Positions 22,750 through 35,764 of a DNA stretch of 64,000 nt are shown piece by piece (the stretch's first letter is position 1; each line of letters opens with the position of its first letter). The DNA comes from Chara braunii (lineage: Eukaryota; Plantae; Charophyceae): positions 241,195-305,194 of the forward strand of contig BFEA01000031.1 of NCBI GenBank assembly GCA_003427395.1. The letters run 5' to 3'. Both the position numbers and the translations under genes were made by a program. The notes under the pieces were generated by a model that worked only from the letters and a program-made list of their open reading frames with translations, searched no databases and was not told where the DNA came from.

Positions 22750-25185
22750 CTATGACCCACCCATATGAAACCAGAAATTCCTTTGACCTTTTTATTGGGT
22801 CTGCCATGGATTTTAAAATTTATCATACGATTGTTGTCGGGCAACAACATCCCCTGGGCACTGTATGCCTTCATCCAAATTTCAGCATTGGCCCCACAAA
22901 CCACTACAAACAGCCAATTACACCCGCTGCAATGGCTGGCCAACAAACAGTGGACTCTCCCTTGCCCCCCCCACACTCGACGAGACGGTACAACCACTTC
23001 CACCGCCTGATGGGATCAGAGAACCGATCCTCTGTGGCTCTCGATCCTCCGACTGTGGAGAAAAAGAGGCCCGGCCCAAAAACATGTCCCGATGAGATGG
23101 GAGGAAATATGGCGCCGGCCCCTATTTGGCAACCCACACTTCCCAGACCGAACAAGCCTTCTCCCTTCATACCCACTCACGATGGTTCCCCTGGGTAAAG
23201 AAGGAGTTATACATTGTCGGTAACTTATCGAACAGTCAAACAAATGTGTGGTATACCACACTTGATCTCCGACCTCAGATGGTCCATATCAGGAAACTCG
23301 AGGAAGGCCTGCAAAAAGTTCAAGAGGCCATCCGGCAGTGAGACAAGCGGACTGAATTATTCCGGCACAAGACTAGCCTCCGATGGCAGTGTACAACGTA
23401 GAAAAATAAAAACACAGCAGGTATGCCTACAGGCCTATAGACCCCAGCTACTGGGGGAACAATGGTCAAAGCTACTCAGAGATGACTCAGAGGAGCTTGA
23501 CCACCAGAGACCCTCAACTGGACTTACAAGAGTCTGTGTGCTCAACGATGGCCACGCATTTGAGACTGCCACCCCCCTTAGCCAACTACCATTCGACCCA
23601 CAGGAATGTGAATGAGACATAGGGGGAAATAACAAACTCCAGATATGGAAATACACAATAAAGAACGGATACAGAACAGCACGTACGGCGGTACAGATCG
23701 CGGACCCAATCAAAGCTCGCTGGGCCCGAGAGTCATCTCTCAAAAGAGAGGACCTCCATATACCCAAATGGTCCACATACTCACGCATTCGACCCGCCAA
23801 CCTCAGAGCGCTGCAATGGCAGATTATTCAGTGATGCTTGCCCACCCCGGACTGACTCCCACGAACCTGGAAACACGAGGGGTGTTGTCTCCATTATGTA
23901 CCTATTGTGGAACGTCCTCCCCCAAGAAACGGGCCGCGTTGGAATATTGTCTCTTAGATTGTCGGATGATGGCCCAACTGTGGAGCTGGTGGGTCACAGC
24001 ATGGCACTACCTAACAGGCATTCATCTACTATGGGACCTCGGGACTATCTTGTTGGGAGAAACACCTCCACAAGCTGCCAAATGGTCACCCTTCATGACA
24101 AACCTGTTCAATAATACACGCCTGCCAATGTTGATGGCAGCATGGCGAATGAGCTGTGTGCATGAACACAAGCAACACACATATGGGTACATGGAGGCAA
24201 GAGAAACAGTCGTGGAAACTATCACAATGAATACACATGCAGCCTGGAAGGAATTTAGACAAATGCTGGAGACTGAGCATGATGAAATCAAACATAATGA
24301 CCTCACAGATAACTTTCACTCCTTATGGGTGGAAGATGCTGAGACTCTTTGTTAACTAACCCGTGATAACCAACTGTGGTGGAAACCGTGGCTGAGAACA
24401 AAAAGGCAATGGGAACGCATGTCACAGGCCCACTTTGCCTTCCCCTTCCCACCAACCAAGTTTATCCTCGTCCTGGGTTAGAAGCACATACCCCTAATCG
24501 CCCCTAAGACCCTAAACCCTCTCCCCCTCCTCCCTTCCCCCTTTTCCTGTCTGGCACCAGTCTCATTCCCTACTTTGCCCCCTCTGACCCCTCCCCCCCC
24601 TTCCCCTCCCCTCCTCTCCCCATACCAAGTCCTTACCCCACTGCTGGTTGCCAGGCAAGCAAGGACTCTCATCCCAGGGCGAATTGTTAAGAATTATTAG
24701 CCTAAACCCTAGACACAGGAGGAACAGCAGTTGGGGCCAGACCCCGCAGGTAGAAGAAGACCCGTGGTATCAAGCTCAGAGCCTAGACACAGTCGGCCTT
24801 CTCAGCCCAGGACAACAAGAACAAGCAGGCGTTTCTGGAGGAAGATCATGGGCCCTCCCTAGCGCCCCATTTGAAAGCAATGACTTGCACTTACTACTCC
24901 CGACAAATCCTAATAGTTGGGGACCAGAAGTGGGCCCCCCTCATATTTGAGCACCGCACATGAACACAATATATTTTACAGGGACGTTGGACCCGACTTC
25001 CAGCACCGTGCATGAACATATTGTATTACACAGGGACAATGAACCCGATTTCCAGCAGGTGTTGCTCCTCACCAACAGGTGGAGCCTTCAACACCCAGGA
25101 CCAATTAACGGGAATGCTCTTATCACTTCGTTAAGTGACTCCCGACGACCGAAGTTCTTGTTAAGAAAAAAAAAAAAAAAAAAGG
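22750..25185 (+). mobile_element. LINE 3' half (zf-RVT region), 3' UTR, duplicated tail motif and poly(A)
   Basis: ORF 23645-24355 with CTYC...LEYCLLDC...LWSWW; tail motifs at ~24980 (partial) and ~25033-25085; A-tail ~25166-25183. Confidence 0.75.
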
Positions 25186-25314
25186 AATTCAAGCTCTGTG
25201 ATGAAAAGCTAGCATCCATGGGTGTCTAGTGGAAAAGGTCCCCAGGTATAGGCACCATCAGAGGGCACAAGGGGTGACACTGGCATTCTTTTTTTTTTTT
25301 TTTTTAAACCAGTC

Positions 25315-26410
25315 TTGTTAGGGGGGATGATAAGAGCATTCAAGAGACTCTCCACTAGACCCGCAAGCACTGCAGGATCTTTTGTGGTTCCGTTATATTA
25401 TAAGATCATGCCTACTGCCCATCGGGCCCTTCAGTGGCAAATCTTATACAAATGCCTTGTTTCAAGAACAAACCTCAAGCAGAAAAGCATTATCAAAGCA
25501 CTGACAATCTCATCGCTCCAATTTGCAAATACTGTGGGCGGTCCTCCCCCCCAGTAAGGGTTACCTTGGAACACTGCCTACTTGCGTGGTGGCCCAACTA
25601 TGGAGGTGGTGGAATGCTGCCTGACAATACTTGGTAGGAGAGCACCTGGCATGGGAACTGTCGCTAGTTCTTCGGGAACAAGCCACACCTGCAACACAAT
25701 AATCAGATGTCTTTGCCGCTAACCTGTTTTCATATATGCGGCGGACCTTACTTATGTTGACATGAAGACTGAGGTGCTTCCACGATCGTCTAATAGAATA
25801 TTTTTTGGAACCGGTAAACAAAACACTGTCACCCAAACAACGCGAATCCTTAGAGGCTCCACTCTCTAAACAAGGGATATGAACCGACCTCCTGCAAATG
25901 AAGGAGGAGAAGGCAACCGGGATTGACGGTTTCCCTAAGGAGTTTTGGAAAACCACATGAGATTTTTTTGAGCTCGGATGTCATGGACTACTACGAAGAA
26001 GTATGGCTCACAGGTGAGATGAGAAAAAAGGAAAGGAACGGGATACTAACCCTCCTTTTCATTCGAAGGGGGCTCTACTCCCTTGGAGGATGCCCGCTCT
26101 AGGGATAATGTAGTGTTCCACCGGGACTGTTTGGGGTGAAACTATATGTACCTCGTTGATCCTCAACGGGGTCTCCGTACCCGCCATCCAATCGCTTACT
26201 CTCAAGGTGCGGCTTCGTTTAAGAACTCGATACCACTCCAGTGTGATGGCTTCAATTAGGTTATCCAAACGCTTCTCTACATGATGACAGTGTTGTAGGA
26301 TTTCCCACAACTGATTTCCTGTTATCATTAGTCTTGTCTCTCGTTGTCCCAAAGATCCCTAACCCTAAGTACACCTCTTTTAACCCAACCTTTCCAGGGC
26401 AGGGATGAGT
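25315..26410. pseudogene. Scrambled LINE ORF2 fragments (zf-RVT piece, RT N-terminal piece, inverted piece)
   Basis: LQWQILYKCL and CKYC...LEHCL peptides; KATGIDGFPKEFWK near 25910-25955. Confidence 0.55.
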
Positions 26411-26411
26411 T

Positions 26412-28290
26412 TGTCATGACGCTGTCGAGCGCATCGGCCCTCGAGTGAACGAGGGTCCTCCCGACCATGTCACGCATGAGCTAAACAAAACAAATTCAGA
26501 GGCAACTTGGGAACGACGCATAAGTATCTCACGAACCGCCAAGATGGACGCGGTTGCATCGCTCCTTCGCCGCTCTGGCCAGGTGCGCCAACAATACATT
26601 CTGCGGTCCCCTACGACAGGATAGGTTCTCGTAGGGCATAAGCTACCTTCCCTAAGGGGCTGTCACCACCCTTAGGGGCGTATCCCTACCGAGCTACCAA
26701 CCCACGTGCGAAGGCTTTTAGATGCAATTGCAGAGGTAGGTCAGCCAAGAGCGTTTGCTCGTTCGCCGTAGTATAGATACGTTGGTTAACGCCAAGTGGA
26801 CTTGAACGTCGTTCGTTCCTTAGGGCGCTGATCTCCTAAGTACGAAACGGACGCCGGTCGACTAGGACGGTCTCAACCAAGTGTAAAACCACAAAATTAA
26901 TCCTAGTCCCTTAAACACATAATCAAAAAGAAAGTTATAAGAACCACGCATAATTTCACCAAAAAACGTCGATCATAGTCGACTGGAACATGCCCAATCT
27001 GAAAAGATGACTGAAAGAATCAGAATCATCATATAGTACATCCAACAACACGATATCAATCACAATTCGACCACCCCGGGTCGAATTTCACAAAGCAATC
27101 ATACAATCGCCAACAAGAAGTTGACTACCGATAATAACTTTGATGCAGCCGACAAGGTAGTCGGACTGCCTTAGTTTTGACTTGATGAGACGCTGCCAAA
27201 GTCATTCATTCCAACTAAAGTCGACCTATGATTAACCACGCATACGCCTGTCCCCATACATTTTCAATCTTCCTGGATGACAGGTCGCTTCGCGGGTGAT
27301 TCTTGATCAGGGGTATTGCTTGATGTGTTGCATGCCTCTTCCTCTAGGACGTGGTCTGTGGATACTCCTTCCCCTCGCCTGAGCCCGAAGACCCAGATCT
27401 CAGAGGTTGGGCCGTCACCACCGAGTCGGCAAAGTACCACCCCCGACGAGTCGGGTTCACTCCAAGTCGATAACAGGGCTGGCTCCGAAAGCATACAAAC
27501 CCCCGCCTTGGATGCTTCCTAGAGAAAAGGGAATGCGCTCACCGCAAGTAGTTTTCATATTCTTATCCCTTCTCGGTTCATGGTAACTTAGACGTAAAGA
27601 AATTAAATGAGATAGAGAATGAGAATCACTTTGACAGGTATAGATATAGAAGGTCATTCCGGATGAAATGTGTCAATCCTGGAAACATGCTAAGTCCAAT
27701 TGACTACATTTTCATTTTATTCACAAGTTTTCTTTCATGGCACCCACTGAAATTATTCATTCCCAAACTCAAGTATTTTATCATGCAAGCAGGCGAAAGA
27801 TAAAAACAAGATAATCCTTTTCTCCATCCCAAATAGGCAAGGTCGGTCTCCATGGCAAGCATTTTTCTACCTACCTGCACAACATGCAAAGAAAACAAGT
27901 TCAAGAGAAAACAATACAATCCGATACTTAAGTCAGACTTTTCCATTTATATGCATGATTCACACAACTTTCCTCTATCTTTTCTTTGAACATTCAAAAC
28001 AACAAGGTCAAGCAAAGTATGGTTTCACACAGGTGTGAAGGGAAATCTGAGTCATTCGACTGACCTTGAGTGAAGTTTAATCCGGCTCACTCAAGAAAGC
28101 CGAGAAATATTCCAGCCGAAGTTGAAAAAACGATCGCCGTTGAAGCCGGAAATATGCCGCGCACAACCCCACAACTAGTGGTTGTTTCACTGAACGACAG
28201 CCACCTCACCCTTCAAGTGCTTCTATGAGCGAAGGTCACCTCCACTGAAAGACTCAAGCGAGATAACCCTTTAGGAGGGTGTTCTCAACA
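26412..28290. mobile_element. Probable solo LTR (~1.9 kb)
   Basis: TGTCA...CAACA ends flanked by direct repeat ATGAG(TT) at 26405-26411 and 28291-28297; no coding capacity. Confidence 0.65.
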
Positions 28291-28689
28291 ATGAGTTCCA
28301 CGTGGTCCCAACAGTCCTAACTGTACTTCCCCCACCAAGGATACTCTCAACCAATTGCAAGTCCACGCCTTCTCCAGGTACCACGTACGCTCAAAATAGC
28401 CACCCCACTATGTCGGTTCCGATCTTCAAAATCAGTCCCACCTGGTCCCAAAATGGTCCCAGATGGTCCCACTTTACCGCCACAGCACTGGATGGTCCCA
28501 CTTTACCGCCACAGCACTGGATGGTCCCAAAATCAAATCCCGCTTGCGCTGCGCGCCGCCCAAAAAAATAAAGTTGCCCCTGGTTGGAACTGCATGTGCC
28601 GCGAGCCCCCCTAAAAAATAAGGATGTCCTTCTGGGGCAAACCGCAAGCGCTGCAACTCCAATAGTCACTGTCGCGAGCACTCACTTCG

Positions 28690-29483
28690 CGTCCTCCTTA
28701 TGTCACCGGCCCACGCACCACTACCGCACAAGCCATATCGGCTGGGCACTGGCCGTTGGCAGGATCAGCCACGACCTTCATAGAGAATATGTACAGACTG
28801 GGAAGGAGGGTGGCGATATGGGCAGTTTCGTGGCAGAGGTGCACCCTGGCCATGGAGGAGGTGAGAGTAGAGGGGTCACAGATCACGGAACAGATTCAGC
28901 AGCAGGTGCATCTTGAACTCACACAAAGATGGTCGGACACAAAATCACAATTAGACCTTTTTAGACAAGTCGGTGATGTTAGGAGACGGATTACAACATT
29001 TTCCACAGACTGGGTATGTGAGGAGAGAGAAGCATGGATTGCAAAAGTGGAATGACAGGGGAGAGGGACAGCGGGATTTGGAAGAAATGAGAGACTACCG
29101 TCTAGTCTTCAAAGACTGGACAAACATAGAACCCTCGTTCCCACTACGCCTTCCCTCGGACTTCCCAGACCCCTTCCCACCTCATGCCCTTTCCCTGGCA
29201 GAGATTCTGTCCTGAACGTTAAAATACTTAGCCCGGTCTCCTTTATATCCACATACATCTGCATACACACATATACATAATGTACACCTATATATGCCCA
29301 CAAATGGAACTCCTCCCTGGAGCCCCCTGGGGAGGACTCTGCCAATGTACACATTTGTTTCTTGTTTGCTGCTAAGTTAACCCCCCTTTTTTTGCTTGGG
29401 GTAGTCAATCCTGCCAGACTGAGTTTTCTGAGTAATCTGTGCCTTTCATGTATAATGGGACGCTGGACCCGGTTTCCAGCAGG
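28690..29483 (+). mobile_element. LINE 3' fragment whose tail motif is split by the 29484-31713 insertion (tail resumes 31712-31780)
   Basis: PDPFPPH C-terminus; GGGACGCTGGACCCGGTTTCCAGCAGG at 29457-29483 continues as CAGCAGGTGTTGCTCCCCGCTAATAGAACGGAGC + A-tail at 31712. Confidence 0.8.
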
Positions 29484-31713
29484 GGAGCTCACCCTCTAAC
29501 TTACGAATCCGACTCACCAAAGCAGTGAGTCCCGTGAAAAGCGGGGAGACTAGTGGAAAGGAACAAGCGAGTGTCTAGTTTGTCAAGATGAAGAATGAAG
29601 GGAGGGAAGATTTCAAAAGGAGAGTATGCACAGAGCTGGCGAAACTGAAGAAGAAAGAAATTGAGAAATTGNNNNNNNNNNNNNNNNNNNNNNNNNNNNN
29701 NNNNNNNNNNNNNNNNNNNNNNNNNNNNNNNNNNNNNNNNNNNNNNNNNNNNNNNNNNNNNNNNNNNNNNNNNNNNNNNNNNNNNNNNNNNNNNNNNNNN
29801 NNNNNNNNNNNNNNNNNNNNNNNNNNNNNNNNNNNNNNNNNNNNNNNNNNNTTCGCCTGACATGCGTGATATTGTGCTTCATGTTTTTCCATTACGCAAC
29901 TACCTGCGCTCGGTTCTCTACTTCCATCTTCGTCCTGTGTGGTGTGTTTTCATGTATGCTGCATTTTTTGTGTCTGAACACCATTGTGTTTGAGCACTAA
30001 GACTGATGTTTGCAACATTAGTCCACGCATGAGCCAACATAGCAATTGTACTACGCATGTGTGATTGCGACCCTCACCCCTACTTGCGTTAGATGATTTC
30101 TACCACTACTCTCACTCCTTCTATACCGATTAGTCGTACCATAGAACTCTCACATAGTTATATTCATTTTCTTCTTCTTTCTTCTTCTTCTTCTTCTTCT
30201 TCTTCTTCTTCTTCTTCTTCTTCTTCTTTCTTTTTCTTTTTCTTCTTCTTTTTCTTTTTCTTTTTCTTCTTCTCGTCTTCCTCCTCTAATCTTATGGATC
30301 CCCGTGTATGCCACTATTGTCGTAGACCAGGTCACTTCATTCGGGAATGCCGAACTCGCATGCGAGACATGGAACAGCAGGCCAGACAGGGAGGCAACAA
30401 TCAAGCGTCAACTTCAACTTCAAACTCAACTCCGATTTTACCATCTCCAGGGGCGATTGCTCCTTATCAAGCTCCATCCCAAGATGTGCGTAACAACCAA
30501 GGTTCGGGGAGCAGCAATGGCGGCTATAACGGTGGCTACAATGCAGGATATGGAGGTTACAATAACAATTATCGGCGACCTTGGTATTCGGATCAAAGAG
30601 ACAAAAACGAGAGGGTGGAGAAGATGTGGAACTGGATATCGGGAGAAATGGAGGAAAGAGAGAGAACAAAGAAAGAGAGAGAGGAGGCTGCTAGAAAGGA
30701 GGAAGAGGCCAAGAAAGAAAAGGAGATCGAGGAAAAGAAGCTTGCTGAAGCTAAGGAGAAGGAAGACTTCAAGGTGAGTATCGGAAGGATGGTGCAAAGT
30801 CAAATGAGAAGTGTTTGCGAGGAGGTTTTGGGACGTAAAGTTGGAGAAGGCGAGCGTCCGATAGCATCAACAGCCGTGGAGATCAGACGGCGAACTGAAG
30901 CTGAAACACTGAAGAGTCACGGGAGCGAAGAAATTCGGAAAAAAGATGAGGAGATTGTCAAATTGAAGAAGGCGATGGCAGACCTCCAGCGACAGGCATG
31001 CCAGCCCAATCAGACAGAACAGGAATTGGCTTCGCTGAGGTTGGACAATCAGATCCAGGACGTACTATTTTTGAAGGAGAAAGTTGGCTTGCTGGCCAAA
31101 GGAATGACGTCAACGGTCGGAACTGCAAGTGAGAAGAGTCCAGCGCCAACACCTGCGAAGGACAAGGGGAAGAAGCCTAACGAGCAAACTCCTGGTGATT
31201 ACATTAAGTTGGCTGAAGCCTATCAGAGAATGAGAGATGATAGAGATATGGCGGAGAGAGAGGTACAAGCGCTGAAAGAGAGGGTTAACAGGATCAGTAC
31301 TCCAACAACAACACCAACGAGCGTCAAGAGAAAGAGGATTGCAAGGAAGGGGAGCTCACCCTCTAACTTACGAATCCGACTCACCAAAGCAGCGAGTTCG
31401 TAAAAAGCGGGGAGACTAGTGGGAAGGAACAAGCGAGTGTCCAGTTTGTCAAGATGAAGAATGAAGGGAGGGAAGATTTCAAAAGGAGAGTATGCACAGA
31501 GCTGGCGAAACTGAAGAAGAAAGAAATTGAGAAATTGNTTCGCCTGACATGCGTGATATTGTGCTTCATGTTTTTCCATTACGCAACTACCTGCGCTCGG
31601 TTCTCTACTTCCATCTTCGTCCTGTGTGGTGTGCTTTCATGTATGCTGCATTTTTTGTGTCTGAAGACTCTGAACACCATTGTGTTTGAGCACTAAGACT
31701 GATGTTTGCAACA
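29484..31713 (+). mobile_element. Partial-tandem (pseudo-LTR-like) retroelement without RT
   Basis: Direct repeats ~29481-30017 and ~31348-31713 contain the 3' end of the internal ORF. Flanking duplication (CA)GCAGG. No TG start, PBS or PPT. Confidence 0.7.
30294..31403 (+). CDS. Gag-like/ORF1-like protein: CCHC zinc knuckle, G/N/Y-rich linker, long coiled coil (frameshifted near its 3' end)
   Basis: MDPRVCHYCRRPGHFIREC and K/E-rich heptads. A 1-nt deletion relative to the upstream repeat copy truncates a frame that otherwise runs into ...ELAKLKKKEIEKL. Confidence 0.75.
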   Translation: MDPRVCHYCRRPGHFIRECRTRMRDMEQQARQGGNNQASTSTSNSTPILPSPGAIAPYQAPSQDVRNNQGSGSSNGGYNGGYNAGYGGYNNNYRRPWYSDQRDKNERVEKMWNWISGEMEERERTKKEREEAARKEEEAKKEKEIEEKKLAEAKEKEDFKVSIGRMVQSQMRSVCEEVLGRKVGEGERPIASTAVEIRRRTEAETLKSHGSEEIRKKDEEIVKLKKAMADLQRQACQPNQTEQELASLRLDNQIQDVLFLKEKVGLLAKGMTSTVGTASEKSPAPTPAKDKGKKPNEQTPGDYIKLAEAYQRMRDDRDMAEREVQALKERVNRISTPTTTPTSVKRKRIARKGSSPSNLRIRLTKAASS

Positions 31714-31779
31714 GCAGGTGTTGCTCCCCGCTAATAGAACGGAGCCTTGTCAAAAAAAAAAAAAAACACAAAAAAAAGA

Positions 31780-32618
31780 GGTGCTCCCATGAACACAACG
31801 AATGCCTGTTCAGCCTCCCTCAAGCCAAAGAAGTAGCCATATCTACCATAACCACACACACGCGGGAAGCATGGAAGGCAATGAAGAAGGACTCAAAAGC
31901 TGCAAAGGATCAAAAGGAGAGACAGGTCTGGCTGGACTCTTTTCAAACCATTTGGGTTGAGAACCATAGGAACCTCTGTTCCCTAGATGAACATCACAAC
32001 CTGGTTTGGAGAACGATGGGCAGCAACCGAACCTACCTGGCAGCGACTCCAGCTCACGCACTTTCAAGTTCCGCACCAAGAGAAAAAAATTACTCTCCTT
32101 TCCACAAACGCTACTGACTGAATAACTCAGCCTGTAATGGCCTGACCCAGCCCCCCCTCATGACTGTGCCTTCGTGATTGTCCCTCCTTCTACAGACGTA
32201 GTTCGAGGAGGTGTGAAAGCCTGCCGGCGTCTTACTCTCCTTCTGGGATGCGCACAGCGACAGTATTCATGTCCAAGAGCCCACAAACTGTTGTGACCAA
32301 GGACAGAAGCTGCTTGAGACAACCTGGACTCCAGCTACAAGGCCTAAGAATCAGGGCTCAAGGGGGAACGTTGAAAGGGGGGTATGCACCATGGTTGGGA
32401 ATTGGCAGGGGAATGATGGGGGGTAAACGTGGGTTGTGGCGGGTGGGACTCTAGGGGAAGTAGGAACAAGAAAGACACTCCAGTGTGTAAGCCAAGACTC
32501 AAGACCCCTAAAAGACACTGTTGTTTTGCAGGGATGCTACCTCCGATTTCCAGCAAGTGCAGCTCCCCACTAATAGATTGGAGCCAATGGCACCAGGGGT
32601 TCTACTAGGAGGGGCTGC

Positions 32619-32653
<35 letters not shown>

Positions 32654-32745
32654 ACGAAACAGCTCCATCTATTGGTGGGGAGCAACACCTGCTGGAAACC
32701 GGGTCCAGCGTCCCATATATCAACCCTCTTAGTAGAATCTTCTCG
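31780..32745. mobile_element. LINE 3' fragment (+, tail motif 32531-32584) with a second tail copy (-, ~32622-32716) nested in its terminal hairpin loop
   Basis: GGTTCTACTAGGAGGG and CCCTCTTAGTAGAATC are the complementary hairpin arms separated by the inverted poly(T) + motif copy. Confidence 0.7.
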
Positions 32746-32799
32746 ACAGCCAAGTTTGGAGCATTCCCCCCTAGCAGGTCCCCTGGATGTTCCAATCTA

Positions 32800-34745
32800 T
32801 TGGTGGGGATACACAAGAAGGAACAGGATCAGGTGAGAGACTCGCAGGTAGACCCGGACGGTCACTTGGCGTGGGTAACTTTGGGCCTAGATAACCAAAC
32901 TTGGGCCTTTACGATGATTTATGTCCCTGCTGACCATACGGGTATTCTCCCCAAACAGTCTCAGAAAATCCCTCAAGCAAATCATCTGGAGTTGGAAGGC
33001 GACTGAAACACCATCCATAACCCAGTACTTGATTCCTCCACCCCTATGTCACATCCCTAACAAACCCATGTAACTGAATTTATTGCTGGCAATCGTTAAT
33101 TTCATCCTTTCAGGATCCTCAACCAAGACACTGGGCCTCGCCACACCACTCTCGAAACTGCAATATGTGAGAGGTGGTGCATCGCCACAAGGCCTCTCGA
33201 AACCGGAGGAACAAGAAAATGTTGAGAAATGTCAGAATTTCGGTTTCGAGAGGTCTTCTCGAAATCGACGTCCCGCCCAGCCTGCAGTACCCTCGGTTCC
33301 AAGCAGTTGGCCGGCGACCCCTGAATGGCTTGCCATTTTCCAGAATTGTCAGATACGTTAGTTTTGTCTTTAGTCCATAATAATAAATTGGTCTGCCTTG
33401 GGCACTGAGATGGACACTCAGTTCCCTTTATAAAAAAAATTAAAAAAATTGGACACATTCGTTCAAGAGGCTGCCTCTTTGAGAGTCCCATCTGGCTACT
33501 AGGCCAAAACTCTCTCGAAGAGCGGCCTCTGGAAATGTTATGACACCTCGTCAACAATTTCCCCGTTTCAAGAGTGGTGTGGCCAGGGCCACTTATCAGA
33601 TAAGTGTGAGTCCACTGATCTGAAAGAGCGCTTTCATTCACTTGGGTTTCCTCAAATCGATCAGAAAGTCATGGGATCACTAAGAGGAGGATGGACATTA
33701 TATTTACTAATCAGATGGTGCTTAGTTATGTCAACATGGTGTCATTAATTACAGATCCATTATCTGATCATATGCCTGTCACCCTAGAGCTAAACCTGGG
33801 CCTGCAGATTCAGGGAGGTAGGGGTCCCTTCCGCCTGAGGCTTGGAGCCCACTGCACGGCGGCTGGAAACTTTTGACAGTGGAGGGTGATTTCGGGACCC
33901 ATAAGGCTGCCACCCTCAAAATTTTCCAACCGCCGCCCTCGTTTTCAGACGCCACTGATCGGGAAAACTGGCTGGGAAACCAGGCAAGAAGTGTTTCTAC
34001 TCAGCTGGCGGCTGAACAACCTCACTCCTATCTGATGTCACGGGACTTTTCTTAAAATAATTAAACAAAAAAAAAAAAAAAAAAAAAAAAATCGCCAGGT
34101 GCCACCAAAGTTTACCCAAAGGCGGAAGGAAATGGGACGGAGGCTGTGGATGCCAGCCGCTGGCGGAGCGCCAGACCGGGTGGTCCAACAAAGGTATCGG
34201 GTGATATCCGGTGGTCCCCACGTCCCACCAGCTCTGCATTGGATGTGTGAATGGTGGTCCACCGTCCACCCCACCCTTTCCTTTTCGGGCGGGGCACCGT
34301 CGACGTTTCCAGTGCCAATAATTACACTGGCGCTGGGGTCCGCTCGAAAATCCAGTTCTCTTTTCCGGAACTGGACTCTCGTTCTTCCAGGCGCTCAAAA
34401 GTTTCCAGCCGCCGTGCAGTGGGGTCCAAGCCTGTCTGCATGTGCTCCAGGATCCCAGCGTAGTGCACTGGGTCTGGGAATTCTGGGAAGACTGGTGGAA
34501 TTCTGCAGAGAAAACTCTTCCCTACATTGGGTGAGTGGCTTGACAGAGGGATGCTTCTCATATCAGGCCAATGGAACCTGATTTCCAGAATAAGAGCTGC
34601 CAACCGCAAAGATGAAGAGATTAATCTCAAAAGAAAAATAGAAAAAGCTGAGAAAATCCAAATGGATTGTAACTTCATGGACAATGGATTGACTCAAAGG
34701 CGAACACGCAGCCTACAGCAGTGGCGAAGTCTCCAGATTATATAG
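32800..34745 (+). pseudogene. LINE APE-endonuclease fragment interrupted by insertions
   Basis: DPDGHLAWV...IYVP...GD; RMDIIF...SDHMPV...GPFRL. Confidence 0.65.
33839..34432. mobile_element. MITE / non-autonomous TIR element (PIF/Harbinger-like)
   Basis: ~38-bp TIR GGCTTGGAGCCCACTGCACGGCGGCTGGAAACTTTTGA with one mismatch; 3-bp flanks TGA/TGT. Confidence 0.8.
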
Positions 34746-35764
34746 AGGGGACCCCCGCAAGCAAGCATTGGGCCTCGCAAACGAGGTAAATCATGTTCCC
34801 CCCCCTCCCTCTTCAGAGTAGTGGTAGGAAAGTAAGGAAAGGCAAAAATAATTTCAGAGAAGAACATAGTGTAGTTAAAAAAAAAAAAAAAAACTCCAGA
34901 TTAGAAACCATGACCTGTAATAACATTAAAATTAAAAATTATATATAAAAAAAAAAGACTGTGGGAACCCTGAAGCCAGCTGGATTACAAAATCGTCATA
35001 ATCATCTTCTTCTTCTTCTACGATTAGTAGCATCATCAGAGCTCTCGAGGGACACTGAGGCCGGTTCTCAACAGGGTCTGATCTTTCATTCCGGGTGGAC
35101 TGTGAGGACCCTGGCAGCAAAATTCTCACTGGTAATATCAGCCTTGGCCCTTGGGCACTGGGCCCGTTCAAAAAAAAAAAAAAAAAAAAAAAAAGGTGGA
35201 TTGCATGATTTGCAATTTTGCATCCCTCAAGCTGACAAACTCAACACCACCACCTTTTTTGGCCCAAAGGATAGCAAACCTGAACTCAACTATGAGACAA
35301 CTATGTCAACCCATGGACCCCACCCTCCCCACAGCCAAACAATCTGAATAAATCTGCTCATATGTAGTATGTATGTACCTGCTATGAAGAACTCCTCACC
35401 TCCGAAAGACCCTTTGGGGGCCCGGTTAGTGAAGAAGAACTTGAAGGTTTCTTGTGGGGATCCACCAAAACAAATGGTTCAGAAACTATTGGGCGTCTTG
35501 TCCCAGCCTGGTATCTATTGATGGCTGTACAGGGGACATTTCCTTTGGTCCTTTTTTGTTACAGTAGATGTTTCACAGGGGACGGGCTCGGCTTCCTGGA
35601 TGAAGTGGAGACCTCGCCGCCCCTGAGGTCACAGATTGTATGTTAATGTTTTTCTGCCTTGGGCACTGGGCCCTAATTGAGGATTAAAAAAACAAAAAAA
35701 CAAATCCTTACAGAAGAGGAAAAGAACACCATTGAAAACCTGATCACACTGCAACAAATCACAG

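Noticed and set aside
28405-28670. Possible CACTA-type mini element with a 29-bp tandem repeat
   Set aside because: The CACTA start has no convincing matching TIR or TSD.
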